From the NCBI GenBank assembly GCA_963817525.1, contig CAWFOU010000007.1, positions 960,001 through 1,024,000 of the forward strand: 64,000 nt of DNA, in the 5' to 3' direction. Below, one piece after another: positions 10,612 to 20,738 of this stretch (within the stretch, counting starts at the first letter, position 1; each line of letters starts with the position of its first letter). Both the position numbers and the translations under genes were made by a program. This DNA is from an uncultured archaeon. GTDB lineage: Archaea > Thermoproteota > Nitrososphaeria > Nitrososphaerales > Gagatemarchaeaceae. Below the pieces are notes generated by a model. It searched no databases. It was not told the origin of the DNA and saw nothing but the letters and a program-made list of their open reading frames with translations.

Positions 10612-12413
10612 ATTTCCACCACCGTTCCCTTTGTATAGTCGCCCTCGACCCTATTTCTGAGCTCGATCTTCCCGGAGTAACGGTCGACGACCAGCGCCCG
10701 AACGATTGACAGGCCGAGCCCCCTGCCTTTCGTCGTTCCAAGATACCTCGTGAACACGCCAGGCTTGCTCTCGTCAGGTATGCCCCTCCCATGGTCGCTG
10801 ATCGAGACCTTCCAGAACCTCCTGACTAGGGACTTGTCTGACTCCTCTTTTGCCTCGACCTCGACCCCGATGGGAACCTCGCTTCCGTCGGTGTTCTTCA
10901 CCGCGTTCGAAAAGATGTTGACAAAGACCTGGTCCAGCAGCGAGTCGGCGATGACCTCGGGGTGATCGATGTCTCCAATGGATACCTCCACCCTCTTTTC
11001 AGGAAACGCGCTTTTGACCAAGGAGAGCGACCGTTCAAGTGACTCGCGAAGGCTGACGGCTGTGAGGACCACGCTCTCGCCCGAAGTCATGTCCGCTAGC
11101 ATCCTCGCCTTCTGAATAAGATCCGTAGAACCGTCTACTGCCTTCTCGATGGAGTCGACGAACCGCTTCGATTTCTCGTCCGAGACGCTATTTTGAAGCA
11201 GTTCTGCATTCGCCCTTGTGATCTGGTTGTAGTTCCGGATGTCGTGAGTCAGGATGTCCTGCAGCAGCAGTGAAGTATTCAGACTCCTCTCCAAGTCTTT
11301 TGTCCTCTCTTTCACAATCTCGGACAGCGACCTATTGCGTCTGACGATGACAAGAGAGGTCACCAAGGCCGCCACTATAACTCCGAGTATAGCAGAGAAT
11401 GTGAGGAACCGCAACTGGTTAATCTCAGCTACTTGCGAAGCTGCCAGTGTGCTCGGGACTGTGACATATACGACGGCGAAGACTCCTTGATTGGACTCGT
11501 TGGCGATCACGTCACGATAAAGTATAGGCTCGCTCGCAAGAGCCGAGGTCACCCCATCGTAGACAAAATTTCGTAGGGCGGGCGAACCGCTCAAAGAATC
11601 GTTGACGAATCCATAGAATTCTCCCCTGATGGACGGCGGAAGCTGTGCCTCGATGGTAGGGTCGTAGAGGTTTTTCCCGATACTCTGGGTCGAGCTGCCG
11701 TAGAGCACGGTGCCGTTATAGTTCACCACGCCCAGGGTGCCCTGCGTCTGGGGCGCCAACTGACTTTTTACAAGGGCCCCAAGATTTCCGAGGCTGACCC
11801 CGACCGCGATTATGCCGACGAAATTCTTTTCACCCGCACCGCTCGCATTTTGGTAAGCGTACACGGGCTGGGCGAATACGATTACCGTCTTGTTGAGGAG
11901 GATCGAGAAGTATTCCGGATCGATGAAAGTCGCGCCCAATTCCTTCGCTCCGAGGAACCATGGCTGCTGACTGTTGTTTTGCCCTTCCTTGATGGCTATC
12001 TCAAGGCTAGTCCCATTACTTGAACCAACGAGTCTGCCAGACGCGTCGCTGAGGCCGTAGCCGGTGGTGATGTTGCCAGTCGTGCTTTGAGCTTTGGCGA
12101 GGAGGGGCTGCACCTCGGTGAGGTTCAATGCCTGTATGCCGGGAGAGGCCGAGAGGACCAAAAGGTTGTTCGTGACAGCGCGCATGTTGGAAGCCAGTAT
12201 GTTCGCCATATCGTGAACCTCGACCTGAGCGTTGGTATCCGTGGCGGCTACCGCTGAAGCTTGGACGTTCGCTGTCGAGGAAGTGAAGAACGCCAGAACA
12301 GACAGTGATAGCACCAGCGCAGCCACGAGAATGATGGCGAGGGATACCCATGAGGGAGGTCTTGGCTTGAAGCGATTGCTAGTCCGCTGCCCACTACCTG
12401 GGTTCTCTGCCAT
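10593..12413 (-). CDS. Membrane sensor histidine kinase (extracellular Cache-like domain)
   Basis: Two TMs, DILTHDIRN H-box, NIFSNAVK, DHGRGI, GRGLGLSIV. Confidence 0.93.
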   Translation of the reverse strand: MAENPGSGQRTSNRFKPRPPSWVSLAIILVAALVLSLSVLAFFTSSTANVQASAVAATDTNAQVEVHDMANILASNMRAVTNNLLVLSASPGIQALNLTEVQPLLAKAQSTTGNITTGYGLSDASGRLVGSSNGTSLEIAIKEGQNNSQQPWFLGAKELGATFIDPEYFSILLNKTVIVFAQPVYAYQNASGAGEKNFVGIIAVGVSLGNLGALVKSQLAPQTQGTLGVVNYNGTVLYGSSTQSIGKNLYDPTIEAQLPPSIRGEFYGFVNDSLSGSPALRNFVYDGVTSALASEPILYRDVIANESNQGVFAVVYVTVPSTLAASQVAEINQLRFLTFSAILGVIVAALVTSLVIVRRNRSLSEIVKERTKDLERSLNTSLLLQDILTHDIRNYNQITRANAELLQNSVSDEKSKRFVDSIEKAVDGSTDLIQKARMLADMTSGESVVLTAVSLRESLERSLSLVKSAFPEKRVEVSIGDIDHPEVIADSLLDQVFVNIFSNAVKNTDGSEVPIGVEVEAKEESDKSLVRRFWKVSISDHGRGIPDESKPGVFTRYLGTTKGRGLGLSIVRALVVDRYSGKIELRNRVEGDYTKGTVVEIWLPRK

Positions 12414-12591
12414 GTCTGCCTAGGTTCCTTGTAAGGCGCAGCTAGAATCGAGGTATAAAGGAGGGCTGGCAGCGACTGCAGACGACCGCCGATGACGGAG
12501 TTCGCAGCGTCAAGTGACTACGATATCAACGCACCTCGAACACCCAGGAGCTCCAATGGAACTCCAAAGCTGAAAAATTGTAGAGGGGACC

Positions 12592-12750
12592 TCAGCGGTC
12601 CCCCTGTTTCTTCTTGTTCTTGTTCACCGTCGCCCAACCGACCCTCTCAGCCCTTTCGGGGGACATCCCACGTTCCTCTTCCGACTCCTTTACGTGCTCT
12701 GCCTCCCGATGCTCCTTGGCCGTGAACCTATGACCCTTGCCCTCTGGCAT
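12592..12750 (-). CDS. 52-aa charged microprotein (not in ORF track)
   Basis: MPEGKGHRFTAKEHREAEHVKESEEERGMSPERAERVGWATVNKNKKKQGDR; the AEH..AER..WATVNK pattern resembles small bacterial stress proteins. Confidence 0.75.
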   Translation of the reverse strand: MPEGKGHRFTAKEHREAEHVKESEEERGMSPERAERVGWATVNKNKKKQGDR

Positions 12751-12814
12751 GACTGTCACCTCCATCCAACCGGGACCAGCGCGAACTCACAACGTTAAGC
12801 GGGGTTGACCTTGC

Positions 12815-12979
12815 TCATATCTTCCTCTTTGCTTTTCCAACCGCTTGTTCGATTTCCCCCTCGACTTTTTCGCCTGCTCCTCTGACTCTCTCCGACTTAT
12901 CACCAGTTGCCTTGCCAGTCTCTTCACGAGCGGCGCCCTCGATTCTTTTTCGCTTTCCCTCCAACTCGGTGTTGTTCAT
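12815..12979 (-). CDS. CsbD-like general stress protein (54 aa, not in ORF track)
   Basis: MNNTELEGKRKRIEGAAREETGKATGDKSERVRGAGEKVEGEIEQAVGKAKRKI fits the CsbD pattern. Confidence 0.8.
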   Translation of the reverse strand: MNNTELEGKRKRIEGAAREETGKATGDKSERVRGAGEKVEGEIEQAVGKAKRKI

Positions 12980-13262
12980 GCCCTTATTCTACGAGCCAAA
13001 GCTTTTATTTCAGACGCAGAAAGTTACGTAGCTGTTTTCTGCGGGGATGGTGCATTTTCCGGTCGTCTCTCACGACAAAATGAACGAAATCTTCCGCGGC
13101 GCACCCACGACGGGTACTTCGGATTGCGGTTAGTACTTTTCCTTGTGGGTCGCCGCACCCGACGCAATGACAGGGCACGTGGCAGTCGAGCTACAAAAAA
13201 ATCTGAATGAGATTTGGCGAGCAGGGAGTTCGGGTTTGTACTGCCGCGAGACCGGGTTGAGC

Positions 13263-13535
13263 CTAATCGTCTGCCATTGCGAATATGCTTATCACTGCGA
13301 CGGCAAGAAAGGCGATTCCGGCAAGGAAGAAACTGCCTGTGATAAACCAGATGAGGGCCGCCACAAGGATAGCAGGCAGCATGACCAGGGCGGCAGCCAC
13401 CAGGACCAAGATTATCAGTGCCCCCAGCACAAGAAGTATGATCCCACCGAAGGTTCCGGCCATGCCATTGAGGAAACTCGCTCCCACTTGTAGCGCCTGA
13501 ATCACGGCTATCAAAATGGCGTACAAGATCATCAT
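13263..13535 (-). CDS. Small membrane protein
   Basis: Highly hydrophobic ~85-aa ORF with TATA-like TTATA upstream. Confidence 0.65.
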   Translation of the reverse strand: MMILYAILIAVIQALQVGASFLNGMAGTFGGIILLVLGALIILVLVAAALVMLPAILVAALIWFITGSFFLAGIAFLAVAVISIFAMADD

Positions 13536-13650
13536 TTATCCGAAAACCACTTTCGCGGTGCAAGTGACTGGCGCTTACTATAATGATTGTCAAATTCTTA
13601 ACTAAGATTTTTCTCGGCGCTCAGGATCACACTTTAACCCGTGGATTGAA

Positions 13651-13848
13651 ATGGAAAGACAACAGCTGACGTGCAAACTATGCGGGCGGACCTTCAACTT
13701 TTCAGACGAGTTGAACAGGCACAACAACAAAGTCCACGGCTCATCGAGCTCGGGCCGTGACGCCGACAAAGGCAGAGATGGTCAGACTGACTATCAAAGC
13801 GGCGGCCGGAGCATGAGCTCGGGATCGAGTAGAAGCAACCACGATTAA
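13651..13848 (+). CDS. C2H2 zinc-finger microprotein
   Basis: CKLCGRTFNFSDELNRHNNKVH; TTTAA box ~20 bp upstream. Confidence 0.75.
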   Translation: MERQQLTCKLCGRTFNFSDELNRHNNKVHGSSSSGRDADKGRDGQTDYQSGGRSMSSGSSRSNHD

Positions 13849-14174
13849 GGGACCAAGGTTCCTCTTCGGAAGACGACCAACAGCCAAACGGGAAGAGCCG
13901 AAGGAAGGGCAGCAACAAGAGAGCGTAGATTCTCTAGCCCTTCTCTTCGGGTTTTCCAACCGTCGCCGAGCAAATCGTCGCAAGCCAGCGCGAGGTAAAG
14001 TCAGAGGAGGGAGGCTGGACTGAACAGAAATCTTGTGGCCTGGTAGAGAAGTATTTGGGGTCCGTAGGAATCTTATTGTAAATTTCACCTATGAAACATA
14101 ACGCCAAATCTGCTGAAATAATATTAAGGGTAATTCAGTACGTATGCTTAACTTGTTTGCCTGAATACCGGAGC

Positions 14175-15785
14175 ATGTCTGCTCCCTCGGCCAAAGAAAC
14201 CCTCTTTCACACGTCGGTGATTGCTGCCCTTATGCTTCTGCTCTTGCCTGCCTTCTTCGCGGGCCCAGCGCTGGCTTCTACCGCTTCAAGCGTCACGGTA
14301 AATTCTGTTAATCAGGATGCCGCGACGATCACCGGGTACCGCACGGTGCTGTTCGCTTCGAACGGCACCATCCTCGCTGAAAGCTTCACGCCGAGCACAT
14401 TCACAACGACAGCAGGGGACAGCTACAGCGTACAGTCAGATAGCTACGGGAGCTGCACCTTCACGAGCTGGTCAGACGGCGTCACGAACAATCCGCGGGC
14501 ATTCACGGCCACCAGCTCGGCGGTCACATTCACTGCGGAGTACAACTGTACCGGTAGTTCGGCCACGTCGAGCGCGACGGTCGACTCGGTCAATCAGAAT
14601 GGCACAAGCATCCCCAACTACCCGACGACGCTCTACGCCTCGAACGGGACCGCGATCAAGAGTGGCCTCACTCCCCAGACATACACCACCACCGTAGGCG
14701 ACAGCTATGGCGTGAGCGCGGAGAGCAGCGGACCATGCACTTTCACCAATTGGTCTGACGGTGTGACAAGCGATCCAAGGTCGTTCACGGCCACCAGCTC
14801 GGCGGTCACCTTCACGGCCGTCTATGACTGCAGCACCACTACGCCTTCACAATCCACGGTCTCCGTCAGTTCGGAAAATCAGTTCGGGAACACAATCACC
14901 GGTTACTATACCGCTCTCTTCAACTCGAGCGAGAAGGTTGTGGCGTCGGGGTTCACTCCGGCCAAGTTCAACACCACGTCAGGCCAATCATACAGCCTGG
15001 TGGCCGATGGTTACGGGAGCTGCACCTTCACGAGCTGGTCAGACGGCGTCACCAGCGATCCGAGATCATTCACAGCCACCAGCTCCAATCTAGCGTTCAT
15101 AGCACAGTACGACTGTGCGGGCGCATCCGAATACTCGCACCTTGCGGTGAGTTCTGTGAACGAGGATGGAAGTGCGATAACGGGCTACGCGATCACGATC
15201 TTCAACTCCGACGGGGCAAAACTAGCTTCAGGAACCACCCCGCTCAGCTTTGCCACAACTATAGGCCAGTCATACGAGGTCCAGGCAGGCAATGGCACCG
15301 GGAGCGGAGGAAGCTGCACCTTCAGCTTCTGGGTCGCCAACAGCACCTCCGATCTCCCAATAACGTTCACCGCGACAAGTTCGAATCAGACTCTTCCTGC
15401 GGCATACAATTGTAACAACGGCGGTTCGACCAGCATCACGGTCTATGCACACAGGATACCCGCGGGTTACTGGGCTGCTTGCTTTGCCACTGTATGCGCC
15501 GCTGGGACGGGTCCCGGCGCTTCGATGTACTTCGCGTTGATTAACGCGGGCGGAACGGTCGTGGCGACAGGCTTCGCCAATGAGAACGGCTTGACGTTCA
15601 CTGGTCTGGTCGCCGGAGCCACCTACTACCTGCAGGCGGACGATTGTGACGGATGTCACGGCTCGACCCACGACGTGCTATTCAATCATTGGGGGAACAA
15701 TGACACTACCGACCCCATCGCAATCGTGGCCGGGAGCAGCATCGACGCGTGGTACAACTGCACGAATGGATGCGGTGGCGACTAG
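14175..15785 (+). CDS. Secreted protein with 4-5 tandem ~85-90-aa Cys-containing repeat domains
   Basis: Signal peptide; repeated VxSVNQ..YGSCTFTSWSDGVTSDPRSFTATSSAVTFTAxYxC, also conserved at DNA level. Confidence 0.85.
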   Translation: MSAPSAKETLFHTSVIAALMLLLLPAFFAGPALASTASSVTVNSVNQDAATITGYRTVLFASNGTILAESFTPSTFTTTAGDSYSVQSDSYGSCTFTSWSDGVTNNPRAFTATSSAVTFTAEYNCTGSSATSSATVDSVNQNGTSIPNYPTTLYASNGTAIKSGLTPQTYTTTVGDSYGVSAESSGPCTFTNWSDGVTSDPRSFTATSSAVTFTAVYDCSTTTPSQSTVSVSSENQFGNTITGYYTALFNSSEKVVASGFTPAKFNTTSGQSYSLVADGYGSCTFTSWSDGVTSDPRSFTATSSNLAFIAQYDCAGASEYSHLAVSSVNEDGSAITGYAITIFNSDGAKLASGTTPLSFATTIGQSYEVQAGNGTGSGGSCTFSFWVANSTSDLPITFTATSSNQTLPAAYNCNNGGSTSITVYAHRIPAGYWAACFATVCAAGTGPGASMYFALINAGGTVVATGFANENGLTFTGLVAGATYYLQADDCDGCHGSTHDVLFNHWGNNDTTDPIAIVAGSSIDAWYNCTNGCGGD

Positions 15786-15880
15786 CCTGTGTCGGGAGGG
15801 CCGTGCACCTGGGCCTCAACCACCTCCTGAGGTTCTGCCCTAGCAGTAGTCGCCCCGCTTGAGATGGCGAGGATGCGCTC

Positions 15881-16012
15881 GCGGAGGCAGACGGAGGCCG
15901 ACGTGATCGAGCTGCGCTCGAGTGCCTCCGCCCACCTCCTGACGCTCTCGCCCTCCTCGAGTTAGTGGAAGTAGTGCGACTGCGTCAAGCTTAGGCTCCT
16001 CACTTTTCCCAT
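15881..16012 (-). pseudogene. N-terminal remnant of tyrosine integrase
   Basis: MGKVRSLSLTQSHYFH*LEEGESVRRWAEALERSSITSASVCLR is 29/43 identical to the N-terminus of the 39620-41041 integrase; internal TAA. Confidence 0.88.
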
Positions 16013-16069
16013 TGTCGGCCTGATTGCTGTTGTCGACGAGGGGCAGGCGCTTTGAGGTGCGGCTGGGAG

Positions 16070-16101
16070 AGACGAATAATAGTTTTGACGGGGGGACTCG
16101 G
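16070..16101. repeat. Decayed tRNA-Ala att site with arm
   Basis: agacgaataat..gacggggggactcgg resembles 41094-41127; same position relative to the integrase start. Confidence 0.75.
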
Positions 16102-16108
16102 GTCCGAC

Positions 16109-18055
16109 TTACGGCGGGATGCCTACCTTCCTGCAAAAGTCCAGAAAACGAGGGTCGTTCCTCATCGGCGCGTAGAGGGGGTCGATCTTTATTGTAAAGG
16201 GCCAAGAGTGCGTCTCTGCCTGCTGCACCAGCAGCTTGAACGCCTCATCCAGATTGCCAAGCGCGACCTGCATGAATAACTCCCCGCGGAGCAGTAACTC
16301 CCCGCGTAACCGGGAAGACTCCTTCCTGCGGGCGGACATCTCCTCCAGAGCGTCCTCGGCTTGCTTCCTCTTTCCCGCCAGTGCGAACAAGAGGCCCTGA
16401 GAAACGGCGACCATGGGCTCGTCGGGGCCGACGCCGCGGGCTGCATCGACCATCTTCTGCGCTTCCTCGAAATCGTTCCTCGCCATATAGTAATCGGCGG
16501 CGCAGAGGTAGACCTTCGGTTCCTTCGGGTTGAATTCCCTCATCCTTGCGAGGACGTCGCGGGCCAGGGCATCATCGCCGCCCCACGTCGCAGTTGTCGC
16601 GAGCATCTCGCCGGCGCCGAAGGATAGTGGGTCCAGCTCGTAAGCCCTCTTGAACATGAGCAAGGCTTGGTTGAGGGCGCGCATGATGCTGTCCACTACT
16701 CCGAGGGACATGTATGCTTCTGAGAGGTTTGGGTTGATCCGGACGGCGGCCTCGGCCTCGACGAGCGCCGCGTCGAACCGGTCTAGCATGAAATGGACGC
16801 CTGCCATTGACGAGTGGGCTTCCGCGAGGCCCGGGTCGAGCTCCAGAGCCTTCACAGCTGCCGCCTCGGCGTTCTTGGCGGCCGTAAGAAAATCCTCGTA
16901 TCCCATGATCCCTCTCGCGCGCCACGCGTCTGCGAGCCCGGCGTAGCCCCGCGCAAAAGTCGGGTCTTTTGCGACCGACCGCTGGAGGAGGGTCAGCGTT
17001 TCCTTCGTGCTCGCCTCGTTGGTGTCGTAGGAGAGGTGCATCGCCCTGAGGTACAAGGTGTACGCCTCGATATCGTGAGTCTCCTTGCGCGTCTCCCCGG
17101 AGAAGAACCCGGCCGAAAGCGCCGCCGCGACCTTCGAAGCAACGTCGCTCTGTATCGCGAAGATATCGCCAAGCTTGCTGTCGTAGTTTGACGACCAGAG
17201 ATGCTCTTCCGTGCGGGGGTCGATTAGCTGCACCGAAATCCTGATCCTGTCGCCCGCCTTCCTTACGCTTCCCTCGATTACCGACCCGACGCGCAGCTCC
17301 GCTGCGATCTCGGAGATCTTCTTCTCCTTCCTCCTGTAGTTCATGACGGAGGTTCTCGCAATCACCTTCAGCCCCTTGACCTCGGAGAGCCTCGCGATGA
17401 GCTCCTCGGTAAGTCCGTCCGCGAAGTATTCGTCGTTGGGGTCGAAGCTAATGTTCACGAATGGAAGCACGGCCAGCCTTTCTCTCGGTCCTGATTCTTG
17501 ATACCTCGGCTGTCCGCCGGTGGACCGCTCCTCCCCGGGCAGCTTGACCCTGTACACCGCGACAGGCAGCTCGACGTTCTTCAGCTCCACCTCTCCGACC
17601 TTCTCAATGTCAAGCTTGGTCTTGTTCCTGATCTGGTCGAACACCTGCTGGGAGATGCAAACCCCCCCAGGTTCAGCCAGCGGCTCGATTCTTGAGGCAA
17701 TGTTGACGGCGTCGCCGTATATGTCACTAGCTTCGTGGACGATATCCCCTACGTGGATTCCTATCCTCAACTCGAGCTTCCGGGTGGGGGGCACCTCCAG
17801 GTTGCGCTCTTTCATCTTCTGCTGGGTCTCGACGGCACTCAGCACGGCGTCGAGCGCGCTTCTGAACTCAACTAGGAACGCGTCGCCCATCGTCTTCACC
17901 TCGACACCCCCGTGCGTCAGGAAGGTCGGGCGGAGGAGGCTTCTATGCTCCTCCAGAAGCTCCAGGGCCAAAGATTCGTTGGCCTGGGAGAGGCGGGTGA
18001 AGCCTACCACGTCCGTGAACATTATCGCCGCGAGCCTTCTCTCACCACTTGCCAT
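16109..18055 (-). CDS. Class III adenylate/guanylate cyclase with TolB-like and TPR domains
   Basis: RRLAAIMFTDVVGFT, VKTMGDAF, RIGIHVGD, YGDAVNIASRIE; LAVLPFVN..YFADGLTEELI; TPR helices. Confidence 0.93.
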   Translation of the reverse strand: MASGERRLAAIMFTDVVGFTRLSQANESLALELLEEHRSLLRPTFLTHGGVEVKTMGDAFLVEFRSALDAVLSAVETQQKMKERNLEVPPTRKLELRIGIHVGDIVHEASDIYGDAVNIASRIEPLAEPGGVCISQQVFDQIRNKTKLDIEKVGEVELKNVELPVAVYRVKLPGEERSTGGQPRYQESGPRERLAVLPFVNISFDPNDEYFADGLTEELIARLSEVKGLKVIARTSVMNYRRKEKKISEIAAELRVGSVIEGSVRKAGDRIRISVQLIDPRTEEHLWSSNYDSKLGDIFAIQSDVASKVAAALSAGFFSGETRKETHDIEAYTLYLRAMHLSYDTNEASTKETLTLLQRSVAKDPTFARGYAGLADAWRARGIMGYEDFLTAAKNAEAAAVKALELDPGLAEAHSSMAGVHFMLDRFDAALVEAEAAVRINPNLSEAYMSLGVVDSIMRALNQALLMFKRAYELDPLSFGAGEMLATTATWGGDDALARDVLARMREFNPKEPKVYLCAADYYMARNDFEEAQKMVDAARGVGPDEPMVAVSQGLLFALAGKRKQAEDALEEMSARRKESSRLRGELLLRGELFMQVALGNLDEAFKLLVQQAETHSWPFTIKIDPLYAPMRNDPRFLDFCRKVGIPP

Positions 18056-18226
18056 GCCGACTTCTTCATGCTCGCCGGCTCGGTTCCCATAAAGTCGTTT
18101 CGGAGATTGCGCCGCGGGCGCATAATGGTTTCAGGGACTCCCGAGAGACAAAGAGCGGTTCCTCTCCGTCTCCTATGGCGCAACGCCGAGGAATAGCTTA
18201 AATCCCGAGTACGCAAACAAACACTG

Positions 18227-18658
18227 TTGCCGAAGGAGTCTGAGGAGAGACTCGCAAAGATGATAGCGAAAGTGTCGTTATTCTCGAATCTGTCTCAAAA
18301 GCAGCTCAAGAGCATCGCGAAAAGCGGAACCGAACGGGGTTTTGATTCGGGTCACGTGATAATCAAGGAAGGGGAGAAAGGAGTTGGCTTTTACCTGATA
18401 CTTGACGGAAAGGTGGAGGTGCGTAAGAAAGGGAAAATCCTTTCGACACTTTCGGCCGGCGAGTTCTTCGGGGAGATGGGGCTGATAGATGACCAGCCAA
18501 GGTCGGCCGATGTTGTGGCCGTCTCGTCCACGACGACCTTCTGTCTAAGCCCGTGGTCTTTCGCTGGTGCCGTTACGGGGAACCCTGAAATCGCACTGAA
18601 GATGATGAGGGTTCTCATCAATAGGCTGAGAACCAGTAGCAAGGCACTAACCGAATAA
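18227..18658 (+). CDS. Stand-alone cyclic-nucleotide-binding protein
   Basis: IIKEGE, FYLILDGKVEV, GEFFGEMGL..PRSADV. Confidence 0.92.
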   Translation: MPKESEERLAKMIAKVSLFSNLSQKQLKSIAKSGTERGFDSGHVIIKEGEKGVGFYLILDGKVEVRKKGKILSTLSAGEFFGEMGLIDDQPRSADVVAVSSTTTFCLSPWSFAGAVTGNPEIALKMMRVLINRLRTSSKALTE

Positions 18659-18743
18659 CAACACGCCAATCCCTCGCGGCATGTCCTCGCAATTGAGGAG
18701 GCGTTAGTTCTCCCTCATGGGCTGGAACAAGACTCACAACCGC

Positions 18744-18929
18744 CTATGAGCAACAGTGATGTAGACAATCTGGGCATTCACAAGGGCAGGGACACCCACA
18801 ACGACCACATCTTCGTCCTTGGCTGTTCTTTGCTGTTATCTTTATCCACTTATTCTGGACTCCATCCCAGGACCACTCGTATAACTCCTGTGCGGCTTCT
18901 GACCCGTCTGGGGATTCGAGGGTCGACAT
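18744..18929 (-). CDS. Putative Cys-rich microprotein
   Basis: C-terminal CGRCGCPCPCECPDCLHHCCS (metallothionein-like). Confidence 0.5.
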   Translation of the reverse strand: MSTLESPDGSEAAQELYEWSWDGVQNKWIKITAKNSQGRRCGRCGCPCPCECPDCLHHCCS

Positions 18930-19103
18930 TTCCTGTTCTGGCGGTTCTTAGGGACTATTGGGTCTTCGCCTTTTGAAGCGGTTCGTCCTCACAAGGTCAA
19001 TGCGGAATTCCAGCCCGGCTTCGCGGCCTCCTCCAGTTACAAATCTTGTCCGCTTCACCTGCATTCGTTTACGGACGATCGCTCGGCTTGAGCTAGGCCG
19101 ATG

Positions 19104-19511
19104 CTATCGCTTTACTTTTTCAGGGACAATCCCTGTGCTGTATATCGTCATCACGGTGTCCCTGAGGAGGTTCATGTCGTCGAGGCCGAAGTCCGGCTCA
19201 GCCGATATCAACATCACGTTCTTACCGCCGAGGTAGAAGGTCAGCACGTTTAGTCTCTCCCGCTTCACGAACGTGAACTGCATCCCCCCGAAGTACCGGT
19301 CCCAGGTCCTGTCAGTCCCAATCTGTATCGTCAGATTTGCCATCAGCCTGAGATTTTCACTGGCAGGCTCCATGGAGATGATGCCCTTTCTCATCCCCCC
19401 TGCAATCACCCTGCCAGTCTCGTCGAGAACTCCTGCGTACCTGACCCGTCGGTTGAACTTGAAGGCCTGAATGCATAGCTTATCCAGCGGGTAGGTCATG
19501 ATTCCATCCAA
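19104..19511 (-). CDS. Roadblock/longin-like protein (thaumarchaeal type)
   Basis: VRYAGVLDETGRVIAGGMRKGI..YFG....FVKRE...LISAE. Confidence 0.75.
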   Translation of the reverse strand: MDGIMTYPLDKLCIQAFKFNRRVRYAGVLDETGRVIAGGMRKGIISMEPASENLRLMANLTIQIGTDRTWDRYFGGMQFTFVKRERLNVLTFYLGGKNVMLISAEPDFGLDDMNLLRDTVMTIYSTGIVPEKVKR

Positions 19512-19792
19512 GAATCTTCTCGTTCGTTCGGTATAAGACTTGATTGCTCCGCAGTCTTATGGGCTTCGAGCGAGAAGCAGCGGGGAGCCTGTCCATCCAT
19601 GCCTTCTACCACAGCCCAGCCCCCTATTCTCGGGCAATTTGGCCGGTCTGCCAACCTTTGGGAGGTTTCCGGGGGCTTTCGGAATGACTATTTTTGGGAG
19701 ACTTGTCACCGACAGAGTCGTCACCGCGGTGACAGTTCAGCCAGTGACATCTGCCATAACAACTAGTCAATCGTACTCTAACGCGAGTAACT

Positions 19793-20440
19793 ATGTCACA
19801 GTTCGCAAACAAGTGGGACAAGCCAAACAGCAGCGGATTCACAACGAGGATGCGGGATTCTGTAAAGAACCCGGGTCCCTTGAAGCCGAGACTGGACCTA
19901 GCCGTAAGGCAGATCCAAGTCCAAGTCGCAAAGCTCGACGGGACATGCGCAAAGCTGAGGGAGAGGGACGCCTCGATCTTCAACAAGATCGTGTCATCCA
20001 TCCAGAAGCATGACTCTCAGCACGCCTCGGTCTATGCGAACGAACTCTCGGAGATAAGGAAGATGAGCAGGATGGTCACACAGGCCAAACTGGCTCTCGA
20101 GCAGATAACCCTGAGGCTCAACACCGTCACCGAACTGGGCGACATCGTGGTGACCCTCACCCCTGCAATGTCAGTGATTCGCAGCGTCAGGCAAGGGCTT
20201 GTAAGCGTCCTTCCAGAGGCAGAAGGCGAGATCGGAGAGATATCAGGCCTGCTGAGCAGCATCCTGGTGGATGCGGGCACGGTGGGCGGGTACTCGCTGA
20301 ACTTCGAGGCTGCCAACGAGGACGCCGAGAAGGTCCTGGCAGAGGCTGCAGCAGTCGCCGAAAGCAGGATGAAGGAGAAGTTCCCAGAGATTCCCTCTGG
20401 GCTCCCCTCGATGGAAGGCTCGACGGAAAGCACATCGTAG
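19793..20440 (+). CDS. cdvB: ESCRT-III/Snf7-family cell division protein CdvB-like
   Basis: GPLKPRL..YANELSEIRKM..LALEQITLRLNTVTELGDIVVTL..AEKVLAEAAAVAE..EKFP. Confidence 0.9.
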   Translation: MSQFANKWDKPNSSGFTTRMRDSVKNPGPLKPRLDLAVRQIQVQVAKLDGTCAKLRERDASIFNKIVSSIQKHDSQHASVYANELSEIRKMSRMVTQAKLALEQITLRLNTVTELGDIVVTLTPAMSVIRSVRQGLVSVLPEAEGEIGEISGLLSSILVDAGTVGGYSLNFEAANEDAEKVLAEAAAVAESRMKEKFPEIPSGLPSMEGSTESTS

Positions 20441-20681
20441 AGGCGAGAATGGAAAACGTGAGGGGCTTGGACCCGCTTTCGCGGGTCCTCCCCTCCAATC
20501 CTCCTCTTCTCGGACACGATTACAGCGCGAAAAGCATCCCGCCCTTGGGCGGTAAGGATTTGCCCCATCTTTAGCCGCCCGGATTCGGCCCGTGGTTTAT
20601 GCACGCGCCGAGGACACGGTCGACCAGCTGAAGATTGGCGACCTGCAAAGAATTTTAAACAGCGTTGAAGGCTACACGCGC

Positions 20682-20738
20682 ATGGCAAAGTCGAAAAAGG
20701 TCAAGAAGAAGGCTGCAAAAGGAAAGGCAACCAAATAA
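20682..20738 (+). CDS. Putative 18-aa Lys/Ala-rich micropeptide
   Basis: MAKSKKVKKKAAKGKATK; BRE/TATA aaagaaTTTTAAA at ~20647-20659; T-tract at ~20778. Confidence 0.55.
   Translation: MAKSKKVKKKAAKGKATK

Noticed and set aside
14440-15090. Near-identical DNA repeats as a DGR template/variable pair
   Set aside because: They are in-frame domain repeats inside one gene; no reverse transcriptase is in the window
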